A DNA stretch of 64,000 nt from an uncultured Clostridia bacterium (lineage in GTDB: Bacteria; Bacillota; Clostridia; TANB77; CAG-508). The stretch covers positions 720 to 64,719 of the forward strand of contig CANRKA010000002.1 in assembly GCA_947631025.1 (NCBI GenBank), in the 5' to 3' direction. Both the position numbers and the translations under genes were made by a program. Below the pieces are notes generated by a model that saw only the letters and a list, made by a program, of their open reading frames with translations, did no database searches and was not told where the DNA came from. Position 1 is the first letter of the stretch; each line of letters opens with the position of its first letter. Below are positions 31,562-43,877 of the stretch, one piece after another.

Positions 31562-33200
31562 TTATAACCTCTCATATATAACAAAATATTTATCTGAATA
31601 AATTTGCTTGTATTTACTATCTACCTTTAATGCATAATTTAACTTAGCATCTTTATATAAGATAACATGTGTAATTCCATAAGAATTAAATCCTTCTTCA
31701 TATTCCATTCCCATATTAGAAATATCTAAAAAATCAGAAAATATATCTTCTTTACCATTAAATTCTGGTGCATATAAATCTGCTCTAGAATCTATAAATA
31801 CTGGTATTCCCCTATATAGCATATAGCTTCCATAATTATATTCATTAAATATTCTTGCAGTTTTTAAGTCTATATTTTCTAAAATAAAATCACACGCTTG
31901 CACAGGATACGAACTTTCACTAACAAATTTATCATCTTTTATATCTTTGTGTATATTAAATCCTATAATTGCTACTATACAAATTACTAAAGTTCCACCT
32001 ATAAAATTACTAATTACTTTTGTAAAATCATATAAATATTTTTTAAGTTTAATACTATTTATATATTGCGATAAATTCTTGTTAAAAATTATTGTTCCTA
32101 CTACTAATAAAATAGAAACTTGCCTTTTAGACATTATTGTAAGTAGCATAAGTCCACCTAACAAAAATAAATCCCTTAATTTTACTTTTGTTTTTGTGAA
32201 TGTAAATAGTCCAATAATTAATATAAATATGCATAAAACAGGCAAATTATCCCAAAATACTATTGGAAGATGTTCGTTTATATTTTGTGTTGTATTTCCC
32301 TGCATTGTTTTTAATAAATACGTATATGGTGTATTTCCAAGTGGAGTAATTAGTCCCATTAAAGCACAAATAATTATAACTATAAATAAATATTTTATAT
32401 TTTTATTTTTTTCTAAAATTATTTTATATGAATTTTCTCTTACTTCTTGTTTCTTTTGTTTTATTTTTATTAATGCATCTTGCAACTTTTGTTTTTCTTC
32501 TTTAATTAAATTTTTAGAATCTTCTTTATTACCGAATCTTACATATTTTTATTTTTAAAATTTTTATTATAGTTGCTATTCGTAATGCAATTTCCGCATC
32601 ATAACACACTATAAATAAATATTCTGCTATATATGGTAAAAATAAAATAAAAAACAACGGCCAAACTGCACAGTGCAAATTAGCAATTATTAATGATATA
32701 AATGCTAAACATACTGCATATATTTTTTTGGGATTATTTATAAATTTTTCTAATAAGTATATTGTTAAAGCAAATAAAGAAAAAGTAACTAATTGTGCTC
32801 TTGCTGCAATAAAGTCTTTTAGTAAATATATATCTAGTAATGTAAAAATTAAAGATACAAATTTATTATTACTTATATTTGAATTTGTAAAATAAATAAT
32901 GAGTCCTAGAATAATTGCAAATACACATGTTGAGCAATATATACCTTCCCAATTTCCTATTTTATAAGTTATATTCATAATGCAATCATATAGCCAATGT
33001 GGAAATGTATAAGGTAATCCTTCATGCCAAGAAAACGGATCTTGCATATTTATACCATTTTCAAAAATATATTCACCAATTTTTATTGTGTAATATGTAT
33101 CGTTTTGCATAGTTTTAGGAGATACAGCTATCGCCATAATAACTATACTAATTACTGCAACTATATTAAATATAATTTTATCTTTTTTTGTAAATTCCAT
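31562..33200 (-). CDS. Large polytopic membrane protein (GT-C/ArnT-like fold suspected); needs a +1 shift at in-frame CGG 32532-32534
   Basis: 32529..33200 and 31562..32485 are two halves of one TM-rich protein. Joined they read ...KILKIKICKI-G-NKEDSKNLIKEEKQKLQDALIKIKQKK... 1639 nt = 3n+1, 545 aa. The functional call is weak. Confidence 0.6.
32532..32534 (-). other. In-frame CGG at the frame junction (+1 onto GGT), followed at once by a 0-frame taa taa
   Basis: mRNA sense: aag att CGG taa taa aga. The +1 frame reads ggt aat aaa gaa gat tct. Confidence 0.65.
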
Positions 33201-33280
33201 ATGTTATCCTTTCGCATTTGTTTTTTTGATATTATACCAAAAAAAATATAAAAAGCATAGCTTTTTATATTTTTTTATTT

Positions 33281-33973
33281 TTATCCTATTTCTTCTTGAC
33301 TATTTTCATCTTCATTTTCGTCTATTAATTCTAAACTTGCAATTGAAACTTCATAAGCAACTTTAGTTTGAACTGTTCCGTCTTCATATTTTTTCTCATA
33401 TTGTCTAGATTGAACCCTTCCTACTATTTTTACTTTTGTTCCAACTTCTATATTTTTACAAAATCTTGCATTACGTCCCCATGCTATTGCTGGAATATAA
33501 TCAGATTTGTTATATGCTCTATTTACTGCAAGTAGTATATCTGAAATTTCTCTTCCAAATGGTGTTTGTCTATAAATTGGTGCTTTACATATGTATCCAA
33601 TTAATGTTACCTCATTTGAAATATTTTCTTTTAAATCCTTTTCTTCGTCTTCTTCAGATTGTTCTACTTCTTCTATAAATTGTAATTCTTTTACAAAAAC
33701 AGTTAATACTAATCTATTTCTTTCATTTTCATAACTGTTATAAGATCTAAATTGACCTTCTACCATTACTTTTCTTCCTATTGTTAGTTCGTTTGTAGGA
33801 ACTAATCTTTCGGAAATTGTAACAGGTATGGTATCTGATACACCACTTAAACGTGGAACTTCTACATCAAATATATAAAATTTCTCCCCATATATTTCAT
33901 GACTAAATCTTTTTTCGCTTGTAATTTTACCAACCAATATTAAATGGTTATTATCTAAATAATTTGTAATCAA
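33281..33973 (-). CDS. SSB-family protein with tandem OB folds and an acidic tail
   Basis: 230 aa with two OB-like segments (…GQFRSYN…, …AIAWGRNARF…GRVQSRQYEKK…) and an acidic C-terminus. Confidence 0.5.
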   Translation of the reverse strand: MITNYLDNNHLILVGKITSEKRFSHEIYGEKFYIFDVEVPRLSGVSDTIPVTISERLVPTNELTIGRKVMVEGQFRSYNSYENERNRLVLTVFVKELQFIEEVEQSEEDEEKDLKENISNEVTLIGYICKAPIYRQTPFGREISDILLAVNRAYNKSDYIPAIAWGRNARFCKNIEVGTKVKIVGRVQSRQYEKKYEDGTVQTKVAYEVSIASLELIDENEDENSQEEIG

Positions 33974-34143
33974 CTTTTTTTCCTCCTATACTCTTTATTA
34001 TTTTATCTAATGTATTTTATTCATATTGCTTATCTTTTAGAATACATTTTTAGTCTACATAACTATTATACAATATTTTTTTAGCTTTGTCTACATAAAA
34101 TTGGAAATTTTTGAAATTATTGTAAACTCTTCTATATTTTACA

Positions 34144-34917
34144 TTATTGATTAACTTTGGTTTGTGTACCTTGTGAATTAATCTTGTAATCTTTTTTGTA
34201 AATTAAATTTGATACTTTTTCTATTTCGTATCCCTTGCTTTTTATATTATTTATTATTAATTCTAAGCTGTCTGCAGTATGTTCTGTTCCGTTATGCATT
34301 AAAATTATGTCTCCACTTTTCAATTTGCTATCTAATCTTTCCCACATTTGGTTTCCTGTAACACCCGTATAATCTAGTGTATCTAAAGACCATTGTATAG
34401 TATAATAATTTAATTTTTCTGCTGCAGTTACAACAGTATCATTATATTCACCATATGGTGCTCTATATAAATTTATATCTTCTCCTATTATGTTTTTTAA
34501 TTTTTCATTACAATTTTGAATTTCTTTAATATTTGACTCTAGGCTTAGCTTATTTACATGTGGATGTGTATTTGAATGATTTCCTATTTCATGACCATTT
34601 TCATATATTTTTTTAACCGCCTCTGGGTATTTATCTGCCCAATCCCCCACAATAAAAAATGTAATCTTAACATCACATTTTTTTAATGTTTCTAGTATAG
34701 AATCAATATCATCTGCATTCCAAGCACAATTCATTGTTAATGCTATTTTATTTTCATTTGTTTGAACATTATATATAGGTAGCTTTTCATTTGTTTGAGC
34801 TGAAACTTCCAATGTTTTATTATTATTTGCAAAAACTGATAAAGTAAACAGTATTGCAACAGTTGAAAATGCAACTACATAGGAAGTTATTTTTTCTTTA
34901 TTAAATACTAAAAACAT
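34144..34917 (-). CDS. Polysaccharide deacetylase (NodB/PdaA-like)
   Basis: Signal anchor plus NodB motifs (TFFIVGDW, GNHSNTHPH, YRAPYGEY, LMHNG). Confidence 0.85.
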   Translation of the reverse strand: MFLVFNKEKITSYVVAFSTVAILFTLSVFANNNKTLEVSAQTNEKLPIYNVQTNENKIALTMNCAWNADDIDSILETLKKCDVKITFFIVGDWADKYPEAVKKIYENGHEIGNHSNTHPHVNKLSLESNIKEIQNCNEKLKNIIGEDINLYRAPYGEYNDTVVTAAEKLNYYTIQWSLDTLDYTGVTGNQMWERLDSKLKSGDIILMHNGTEHTADSLELIINNIKSKGYEIEKVSNLIYKKDYKINSQGTQTKVNQ

Positions 34918-34990
34918 AAAAAACCTCCAAATTCAAGCTTTTACATTTTATGCTTAAATTTGAAGGTTTATGAATATATGAAAATGATAT

Positions 34991-35638
34991 TTAATATAGT
35001 TTTGGTTTTAATTCTAGGTAAATTGGCTTTTCGTCTTTTATTCTTGTAGATTTTCCATGTCCAGGATATACTATTGTTTCATCTGGAAGTATTAGTAGTT
35101 TTTTAGTTATTGAATTCATTATATCTTCTATACTAGAAGTTGGAAGGTCTGTTCTTCCCCATGTTCCTCTAAATAGTGTATCTCCGGAAAATAGCAATTT
35201 TTTCTTTTCACAAAATAGGCTACTTCCACCTTTTGTATGACCTGGTGTATGTATGACTCTAAATTCTAAATTTCCTAAATGTATTAAATCTCCATCGTCT
35301 ACAATTGAGTCTGCATCTAATTCTATATTTTTAACACCTATATAATCTACTAAATTTATATTTGGATCATTTAAACCTTTACTATCTTCTCTATGAATTA
35401 ATATTTTACAATTATATTTTTCTTTTAATTCTTGAACTCCACCTATATGGTCTCCATGGCAGTGTGTTAAGTATATATATTTTACTTTTGCGTGTAAAAT
35501 ATCTAGCATTTCTACTATTTTTTGAACTTCCCCTGCTGGGTCTATTATCATTGTTTCTTTGCTTTGTTCATCATGTACTATATAACAATTTGTTGGATCT
35601 GCTAAATTTGTATTTATTTTTAATTCTTTTAATATCAT
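34991..35638 (-). CDS. MBL-fold metallo-hydrolase
   Basis: THCHGDHIGG motif and downstream His/Asp ligands (HTPGHT, GDTLF, PGHG). Confidence 0.85.
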   Translation of the reverse strand: MILKELKINTNLADPTNCYIVHDEQSKETMIIDPAGEVQKIVEMLDILHAKVKYIYLTHCHGDHIGGVQELKEKYNCKILIHREDSKGLNDPNINLVDYIGVKNIELDADSIVDDGDLIHLGNLEFRVIHTPGHTKGGSSLFCEKKKLLFSGDTLFRGTWGRTDLPTSSIEDIMNSITKKLLILPDETIVYPGHGKSTRIKDEKPIYLELKPKLY

Positions 35639-35659
35639 TTGTGTTTACCTTCCTATTTA

Positions 35660-37861
35660 TTATTTCTTCCTTTTAACCTCAAAAATACTATCAATTTTTG
35701 TTAATGAATTAATTACCTTATTAAGTTCATTTATATTTTCAACTTCTATTGTTATTCCTACTATTGCAATATTTTCCTTGTTTGTTCTAGAATTTACACC
35801 CATTAGTTTACATTGTGCGTTTCCTATTACTTTTATTATATCTGCTAATAATCCGCTTCTATCATTTGCATAAACTTCTATATCTACCTGATATGCTTCT
35901 GTTTCTTTGTTCGCCCAATATACATCTATCATTCTAGACTCTTCGTTTACTAAGTCTTTTACATTTGTACAGTCTTTTCTGTGAATAGATACTCCTCTAC
36001 CTTTTGTTATATATCCTATTATTTCATCTCCTGGAACAGGATTACAACATTTAGAAAGTTTTACTAAACAATTATCTATTCCTTTTACAATAACGCCACT
36101 AGCTGAGGCTTTATTTTCCCTTCTTTTTTGTTTAGATAATTCTTCTATTTTTTCTTCTATGTTTTCTTCTTTATGTTCTTTCCTATATTCTTGTAAAATT
36201 CTAGCTATAATTTTTCCTGCACTTATTGCTCCAAAACCAACGCTTGCATACATATCTTCTATATTTTTAAATTTATATCTCTCTAATGCCACATTTATGT
36301 ATTCAGTTTTAAATAACTCTTCGTAGCTCATTCCTATTCTTTTTATTTCTTTTTCTATTAAGTCTTTTCCCTTTTCTATATTCTCTTCTCTTTGTTCTCT
36401 TTTATACCAAGCTTGTATTTTGTTTTTTGCTCTTGTAGTTTGTATAAATTTTAGCCAATCTCTACTAGGCCCTTTTTGAGAATCATTTGTAATAATTTCT
36501 ATAATGTCTCCGTTTTTTATTTTTGTAACAATAGGCATCATTTTACTATTTACTTTACAACCACACATATGATGTCCTATTTCTTCGTGTATAGAATATG
36601 CAAAATCTATTGGAGTTGCTCCTCTTGGCAATACTTTTATTTTTCCTTTTGGAGTAAACACATAAACTTCATCTTCAAAAAGTTCTGTTTTTAATGTATT
36701 TAAAAATTCCTCTGGGTCTTTCATTTCTTTTTGCCATTCTAGTGTTTCTCTTAGCCAAGATAATTTATCTTCTTCTGGATTTACTTTAACATTTTGCTTT
36801 CCTTTTTTTCCATAATTTACTTCCTTATATGCCCAATGTGCAGCAATACCATATTCTGCAATTCTGTGCATATCATATGTTCTAATTTGCACTTCGAATG
36901 GAGTTCCTTTTTCTCCTAAAAGTGTTGTATGTATAGATTGATACATATTAGGCTTAGGAACAGAAATATAATCTTTAAATCTTCCTGGCATAGGATTGTA
37001 CATTTCATGTACAACACCTAGTGCTGCGTAACAATCCTTAACATTATTTACTAAAATTCTTAATGCAAATAAATCGTATATTTGGTCTAATGTTTTGTTG
37101 TCTCTTTTCATTTTACGATAAATACTATATAAATGTTTTGCTCTTCCAGTAATTTCTGCATCAATTTTTTGTTTTTTTAGCTCTACCCTAATGTCTTCTA
37201 TTATTTTATTTATAAATCTTAGTCTTTCATCTCTTTTTTTATTTAGGCCTTCTACAATTTCTCTGTATTCATCTGGATATAAGTATTTAAAAGACAAATC
37301 CTCTAATTCCCATTTTAAAGAATACAAACCAAGTCTATTTGCAAGTGGTGCATATAATTCCATAGTTTCTTTTGCATTTGCAATTTGGCGCTCTTTAGAT
37401 AAATATTTTAATGTTCTCATATTATGCAATCTATCTGCTAATTTTATTATAATAACTCTAATGTCTTTTCCCATTGCTAAAAGCATTTTTCTATAATCTT
37501 CTGCTTGTCTTTCTTCTATAGATGCAAATTGAATATTACTTAGTTTTGTAACACCTGCTACCATTTCTGATATTTCTGATCCAAATTCTTCTCTTATATC
37601 TTCGTTTGTTACATCTGTATCTTCAACAACATCGTGTAGCAAAGCAGCACAAATTGTTTTATCGTCTAGTCCAATATCTGCTAATAGATAAGCAACATTT
37701 ATAGGATGAATTATATATGGCTCTCCAGATTTCCTACATTGGTTTTTATGTTTTCCATCTGCCAAATTATATGCTCTCATTATTAATTTTGTATCTACTT
37801 TTTTAGAATATTCTTTTCTTTTATTAATAACATCTTGTATGTTTACTTCTTTTTCATGCAT
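35660..37861 (-). CDS. relA: Bifunctional (p)ppGpp synthetase/hydrolase
   Basis: HD hydrolase domain (HPINVA, LLHDVVEDT), RelA/SpoT synthetase domain, and TGS and ACT domains. 733 aa. Confidence 0.93.
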   Translation of the reverse strand: MHEKEVNIQDVINKRKEYSKKVDTKLIMRAYNLADGKHKNQCRKSGEPYIIHPINVAYLLADIGLDDKTICAALLHDVVEDTDVTNEDIREEFGSEISEMVAGVTKLSNIQFASIEERQAEDYRKMLLAMGKDIRVIIIKLADRLHNMRTLKYLSKERQIANAKETMELYAPLANRLGLYSLKWELEDLSFKYLYPDEYREIVEGLNKKRDERLRFINKIIEDIRVELKKQKIDAEITGRAKHLYSIYRKMKRDNKTLDQIYDLFALRILVNNVKDCYAALGVVHEMYNPMPGRFKDYISVPKPNMYQSIHTTLLGEKGTPFEVQIRTYDMHRIAEYGIAAHWAYKEVNYGKKGKQNVKVNPEEDKLSWLRETLEWQKEMKDPEEFLNTLKTELFEDEVYVFTPKGKIKVLPRGATPIDFAYSIHEEIGHHMCGCKVNSKMMPIVTKIKNGDIIEIITNDSQKGPSRDWLKFIQTTRAKNKIQAWYKREQREENIEKGKDLIEKEIKRIGMSYEELFKTEYINVALERYKFKNIEDMYASVGFGAISAGKIIARILQEYRKEHKEENIEEKIEELSKQKRRENKASASGVIVKGIDNCLVKLSKCCNPVPGDEIIGYITKGRGVSIHRKDCTNVKDLVNEESRMIDVYWANKETEAYQVDIEVYANDRSGLLADIIKVIGNAQCKLMGVNSRTNKENIAIVGITIEVENINELNKVINSLTKIDSIFEVKRKK

Positions 37862-37880
37862 GTTTTTCTCCTTTTTTAAT

Positions 37881-39566
37881 TTAATATGACCTCATTATAT
37901 CTTTAATATTAATTTGTAATGTTTCGTATCCATTAAATGTATTAATTTCTATTGTTCCTACTATGTCTATTTTATCTCCTATTCTATATTCGTTTGCTAA
38001 ATGACCTAAGTTAAATCCAATTGCATTAATTCTGTAATTTGCATCTTTTAAGGTTAATTTAATATGTTTTCCTTCTGTTAAAGCTCGTATAGAATCTATT
38101 TTTAGATTTCTATATGCAAATAGTGGCAATTTATTTCCTTCTCCATATGGTTCTAATAACTTTAGTTCTTCTATAGTTTTTTTAGTTATATCTTTTAATG
38201 CCATTGTTTCATCTATTTTAATTATTGGAACTATTTCGGAAACTTTTTCATCTTGCGCAATTTTTTCAAATTCTTTTTCAAATTGTTTTAGATTTTTTTT
38301 GTTTAAACTTAGCCCTACTGCCATTTCGTGGCCGCCATATTTTTCTAATGTATTTTTACATTTTGTTAATGCTTTGTATAAGTCGAACCCTGGTATGCTT
38401 CTACCTGAGCCTTTACCTTGCTCACCTTCTAAACATATTAATATACTTGGCTTAAAATACATTTCTGTAATTTTAGAAGAAACAATACCTATAACACCAT
38501 GATGCCAATTCTTTCCAGCAAGAACAATGGTATTTTTATTTTTCTTTTCATTGTTTATCATAGAAATGGCTTCTTCGTATATTTTTTTCTCTTTTTCTTG
38601 CCTTATTTTATTATATGTATTTAATTTTTCTGTAATTTGTTTTGCTTCTTCATCATTTTCTGTTAAAAATAATTTTAACGCTTCTTCTTGATGTCCCATT
38701 CTTCCACATGCATTTATTCTAGGTGCTATTCCAAAAGATACGGAACTTGAATTCATTTCTTCAAATCCAATTGTATTTATTAATTCTCTTAAACCAACGT
38801 TTTTTGTTTGATTTAATAATTTTAATCCTAATTTTGCTATTACTCTATTTTCATCTATTAATGGTACAATATCTGAAATTGTTCCTATACATACTAAATC
38901 TAAATATTTTAAATATTCCTTTTCCTCTAAATTTAGTTTTATAGAAATTCCCTGTATTAATTTAAATACAACACCAACACCTGCTAGTCCTCTAAATGGA
39001 TATGTATTATCTTTTCTTTTGGCATCTATAACTGCAATTGCATTTGGTAGTTTTTCTCCTGCTTCATGATGATCTGTTACAATTGTTTCTATTCCAAAGC
39101 TGTTTGCATAGTCTATTTCACTATTTCCAGAAATTCCGCAATCTACTGTTATAATTAGTTTACAGTCATTTTTTGCAATATCTTCAATAGCTTCTTTATT
39201 TAGACCATATCCTTCTAATAATCTATTTGGGATATACTCTTTTGTTTCTAGTCCTCTTTCTTGTAAAAATTTCTTTAATACAGTTGTACTAGTAATTCCA
39301 TCTACATCGTAATCTCCATAAATTGCAACATTTTCTTTATTTTCTATTGCTTTTATTATTCTATTTACAGCCTTTTCCATATCATTAAATAAAAATGGAT
39401 TATGAAAATCCTTTCTTGTTGGATTTAAAAATACTTGTATATCATCCAAACTTCCAATATTTCTATTTGCTATTATTTGTGATACTATTTCTCCTAATCC
39501 AAATTTTTTAGATATTTCTTCTGCTTTTGGTTTATTTTCTACATAAAATTCCCATTTCTTTGTCAT
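37881..39566 (-). CDS. recJ: Single-stranded-DNA-specific exonuclease RecJ
   Basis: DHH (GDYDVDGITS, VDCG, TDHH) and DHHA1 (GGHEMAVG) motifs. Confidence 0.92.
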   Translation of the reverse strand: MTKKWEFYVENKPKAEEISKKFGLGEIVSQIIANRNIGSLDDIQVFLNPTRKDFHNPFLFNDMEKAVNRIIKAIENKENVAIYGDYDVDGITSTTVLKKFLQERGLETKEYIPNRLLEGYGLNKEAIEDIAKNDCKLIITVDCGISGNSEIDYANSFGIETIVTDHHEAGEKLPNAIAVIDAKRKDNTYPFRGLAGVGVVFKLIQGISIKLNLEEKEYLKYLDLVCIGTISDIVPLIDENRVIAKLGLKLLNQTKNVGLRELINTIGFEEMNSSSVSFGIAPRINACGRMGHQEEALKLFLTENDEEAKQITEKLNTYNKIRQEKEKKIYEEAISMINNEKKNKNTIVLAGKNWHHGVIGIVSSKITEMYFKPSILICLEGEQGKGSGRSIPGFDLYKALTKCKNTLEKYGGHEMAVGLSLNKKNLKQFEKEFEKIAQDEKVSEIVPIIKIDETMALKDITKKTIEELKLLEPYGEGNKLPLFAYRNLKIDSIRALTEGKHIKLTLKDANYRINAIGFNLGHLANEYRIGDKIDIVGTIEINTFNGYETLQINIKDIMRSY

Positions 39567-39686
39567 TAAGATTCTCCTAATTATTTTTTTAATCTATATA
39601 ATATTTTATTTATTTTTAGCATAAGGGCTATATAAGCCCTTACACATTTTATATTATATTTATTTTTTTTACAATAGTTTTTAGGT

Positions 39687-42600
39687 TTATAATAAAATTT
39701 CTTTATCTAAATATGTTGAATATATATACACTTTATCTACCTTTTTATTTAATGATTCTTCTAATGCTTTTTTATATATTTCTAATTGTATTTTGTATTT
39801 TTCTATTAAATTATTTTCATTATTATTCTCTACAAAGTCTGTTTTATAATCCAATAATACTAATTCATCATTTTTAGTAATGTAATATAGATCTATAATT
39901 CCTTGAACTAATATATTACTATCTGTTTTACTATTATATATTTCTTTTGCATTAATTGTTGTATAAAATGGCTTTTCTTTTTCTATTTTTTTTGCGTTTT
40001 TTAGTTCTTCCCATATTATGCTTTTTGTAAAGTTTAGTATTTTATTTAAGGCAATATTTTCTGCTTCTTTTTGTGTTATTATTTTTCTAAATACTAAATC
40101 TTGTACAATTTTTTCTATTTCTTCTATGTTATATTCTTTAGTTGTATCTAATTTTTGCATACATAAGTGAACCAAGCTTCCTTTTCTGCTATTAGAAACT
40201 TTTTCTTCTTCTGCTATAAATTTTGGTGCTTGAAGATTAATTTCTTCTTGCGTATTATTTTCACTTTTTATTTTTTTTATTTCGCTTACAGATAATTTGC
40301 TTGCATACTTACTTAATTCTTCTGCTGGATATTTCCAATTCAATTTATCTAAAATATCTTTAGGTAAAGATTTTGAGTTATTTAATTTAAAATCTTTTAA
40401 TAAATTTGTTCTATCTTCCTGTATAGAATTTTTATTATTAAGTATTTCATCTTTTTTATGTGTATATATCTCAAAAAAATTAGTTATATGGTTTTTATTT
40501 TTTAAATATACAAGTTCTATCCAATCTAAATAACTTATATAGTTTGATATAGTAGATTCATTAATTTTATCTTCATTGTTATATAATCTTAAATCCTCTT
40601 CTTTTTCCTCAAGCTTCTTTTGTATATCTTTTGCCGTTCCTGTTATAATTAATTTTTCTTTTGCTCTTGTTAGTGCAACATATAAAATTCTCATTTCCTC
40701 TGAAATAATTTCTTTTTTAGAAATTATTTTTATTGCTTCTTTTGCTAGAGTGTTATATTCTATTTTCCTTTCATAATCTATATATTTTGGGCCTATACCA
40801 ATATCTTGATGTAATAAAATATCTCCATTTAAATCTCTTAAATTAAATTTTTTTGAAGTATCACATAAAAATACTACTGGAAATTCTAGTCCTTTACTTT
40901 TATGAATACTCATAATGCGAACTACATTTTCGTTTTCCCCTATTACTTTTGCTGCATCCATATCTTTGCTACTTAATTTTAATTTTTCTATAAAGTTTAT
41001 AAAATTAAATAAACCTGTAAAGCTAGAATTTTCATAAATTTTAGCTTTTTCAAATAGCATTATTAAATTTGCTTTTCTTAAAGTTCCATTTGGCATTAAT
41101 TGTACATAATTATAATATCCTGTGTCTTCATATATTTTCCATATTAGTTCGTATAAACTTAAATATTCTTGGCTTTCTCTCCACATTTGAATATTATTTA
41201 AAAAAACTTCAATTTTTGACTTTAGCTTACTGTTTACCAGTAGCAAAGCTTTTTGCATAGCCTCGTAAAAGCTACAATATTTGTCTACTAATCTTATTTC
41301 TACAAGTTCGTTATCTGTAAATCCACCTATTACAGACCTTAAAACAGCAACAAGGTGTATATCCTCCATTGGATTATTTATAACCTTTAATACAGATATA
41401 ATTGTTTCTACTTCTATACTTTCTAAATAATTTTCAGATGTATCACTATACACCGGAATATTTAACTCATTTATTTCTTTTTCATAAATAGAGGCTTTGT
41501 TTGATGTTGCTCTTAATAAAATTACTATATCTTTATATTCTAATTTTCTATATTCTCCATTTTTGTCTTGAACCATATAGTTATTTTCTATTAATTGTTT
41601 AATTTTATTTGCAACAAATTTTGCTTCTAAAATATTTCCTTCTACTGGTTCTTCATTTTCATTTGTTTCTTCTGTATTATATAGTTCCCACTCATCTTTT
41701 TCTTTGTCATTTAAATCCATAATATGTAATTCTATTTTTCCTGCATAATTAATATTGCTTTTTTCTGGAACTTTATATTTGGCACCTAAATTTAAAAATT
41801 CTTCTTCGCTATAGTTTATATCTCCTAACTTTTCTGACATTATATCTTTAAAAATTAGGTTAGTTATATTTAATATATTTTCTCTGCTTCTAAAGTTTTT
41901 AAATAATTTTATTTTTAAATTATCAGTTTCTTCCTTTTCATTAATTAATTTATATGTTTTATATTTTTCTAAAAATAATTCTGGTCTTGCTTGTCTAAAT
42001 TTATATATACTTTGTTTTACATCTCCAACCATAAATATATTATTGTTTCTTGAGATAGAATTTAATATGTATTCTTGTACTAAATTACTGTCTTGATATT
42101 CATCTATTGCAATTTCTATAAATTTTTCTTTATATTTATTTGCAATTTGAGTTGGAACATAATTACCGTTTTCATCTTCAGTTACTAATATATTTAATGC
42201 TAGATGTTCTATGTCATTAAAATCTACTATATTTTTTTCTCTTTTATTTTTTTCGTATTTATTTGTAAAATCAATAACTACATCTTTTAAAATATTTAAT
42301 ATTTCATATATTTCGATTATGTCTTGATTTCCTTCTTTTGAACTACAAATAAAAAATTTATCTTTTTCATCTTTAAATTTTTTATTTATCTTATCTCTTT
42401 TTGCTTTTGCAATATCTTTAATATTTGATACTATTTTTTTATCTACTGGCCATCTAGAAAAGCTAAATTCTAATGCATATTTATATGATTCTTCCCATGA
42501 GCAATTAACTTTATCTTTAAATTTATATAGATTTTCTATATCTAAGTTTATAGAATTTATGTATTTTTCTAATTCATAATTTTCTTTCATTAATTCTACA

Positions 42601-43299
42601 ATATCTTTAAGTGCTGTAATTGTTTCTTCTATTTTTTCTTCGAAATCTTTTAATAAAATTTGACCCCATATTGTTTTTGAAAAATCTATATTTGGATCTA
42701 TTTTAAACATTTTTGTTTTTTCTTTTAACCATTTAATTGGAAATGGGCTACTTTGTATAAATTTATATATTTTTAATATTATTTCTTTTAATGGCTCATC
42801 ACCTCTATATTCTGTATATGTTTCTACTAATTTTATAAAATCTTTATTATTTTCGTTATATTTTTCTTCAAAAAGTTCTTCTAATGAGTCTAGTTTTAGT
42901 AATTCTATTTCAGATGTGTCCCCTATTCTAAAATTTGGAGATATATTTATTTCATAAAAATTACTTCTTATTACATCTAAACAAAATGAGTGTATTGTAC
43001 ATATATTTGCTTTATTTATTAATGTTATTTGTTTTTGAAGATGCATATCTTCTGGGTTTTCTTCTATTTTTTTGTAAATTGCATTTAAAATTTTTTCTTT
43101 CATTTCGCTTGCTGCTGCATTTGTAAAAGTAACTATTAGTAGCGAATCTATATTTACTTTGTCCTTTATAATTTTTTTAATAATACGTTCAACTAATACA
43201 GTTGTTTTTCCACTTCCGTGCCGCTGCTGCAACTAATATGTTACTATTTTTTTCTTCTATTGCTAATTTTTGTTCATTTGTCCAATTTGTATTTTTCAT
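39687..43299 (-). CDS. addA: AddA-type helicase-nuclease (UvrD helicase + C-terminal PD-(D/E)XK); needs a +1 shift at in-frame CGG 43216-43218
   Basis: ggagg SD + ATG at 43299. [43 protein letters not shown] restores the Walker A motif and joins 39687..43232. The C-terminal nuclease motif is GIIDLYY...LLDYKTD. 3613 nt = 3n+1. Confidence 0.87.
43216..43218 (-). other. In-frame CGG at the frame junction (+1 onto GGA) inside the AddA Walker A motif
   Basis: mRNA sense: gca gca gcg gca CGG aag tgg. The +1 frame reads gga agt gga aaa aca act = GSGKTT. Confidence 0.8.
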
Positions 43300-43342
43300 A
43301 CTTAGGCCTCCAACTTATTTAAAAGAAATTATAGCATTTTAG

Positions 43343-43373
43343 CAAAAAAAAATCTACTAAATTAAAGTAGATT
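43343..43373 (-). terminator. Rho-independent terminator after the 43440 membrane gene
   Basis: aatctac-N9-gtagatt stem followed on the minus strand by ttttttttt. Confidence 0.7.
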
Positions 43374-43439
43374 TTAAAATTTAGGACCTATAATATATCT
43401 AACAGTTTTGTAATTATTTAGATTTATTATACTAAAGCT

Positions 43440-43820
43440 TTATTTTTTTACATTTACGCCTATTATTCCACCTATTGCTCCTGCTAATGCACTTGTTGCA
43501 ATTATTATTATAGAACTTGCATTTAAAGAAAAATTTAATGTTACTAGACTTGAAATTAAATATATACTTCCTATATATAAAGTTCCAACAAGCATTCCTT
43601 TTATAATTCCTTTATTTTTTTCTTTTATAGTACTTATAGAGCTTCCAATTAATATAGATATTGCATTTATAACTATAATTGCACTTGTTTCAATACTTTC
43701 TGAAATTTGTGTATATGTTAATATAGCAGATAATATTAGTAGCATTATAAAGGTAAGTACAAGTGAAATAATAATTCCTTTTCCTATATAATTAATATTA
43801 TTTTTTATATTTTCACCCAT
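43440..43820 (-). CDS. Small 4-TM membrane protein (TIGR04086-like)
   Basis: 126 aa, almost entirely hydrophobic helices. The family call is tentative. Confidence 0.5.
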   Translation of the reverse strand: MGENIKNNINYIGKGIIISLVLTFIMLLILSAILTYTQISESIETSAIIVINAISILIGSSISTIKEKNKGIIKGMLVGTLYIGSIYLISSLVTLNFSLNASSIIIIATSALAGAIGGIIGVNVKK

Positions 43821-43877
43821 AGAAAAAGACCTCCTTAATTTATATTTATTTTAAGAAAGTCTTTTTTAGAACATATA

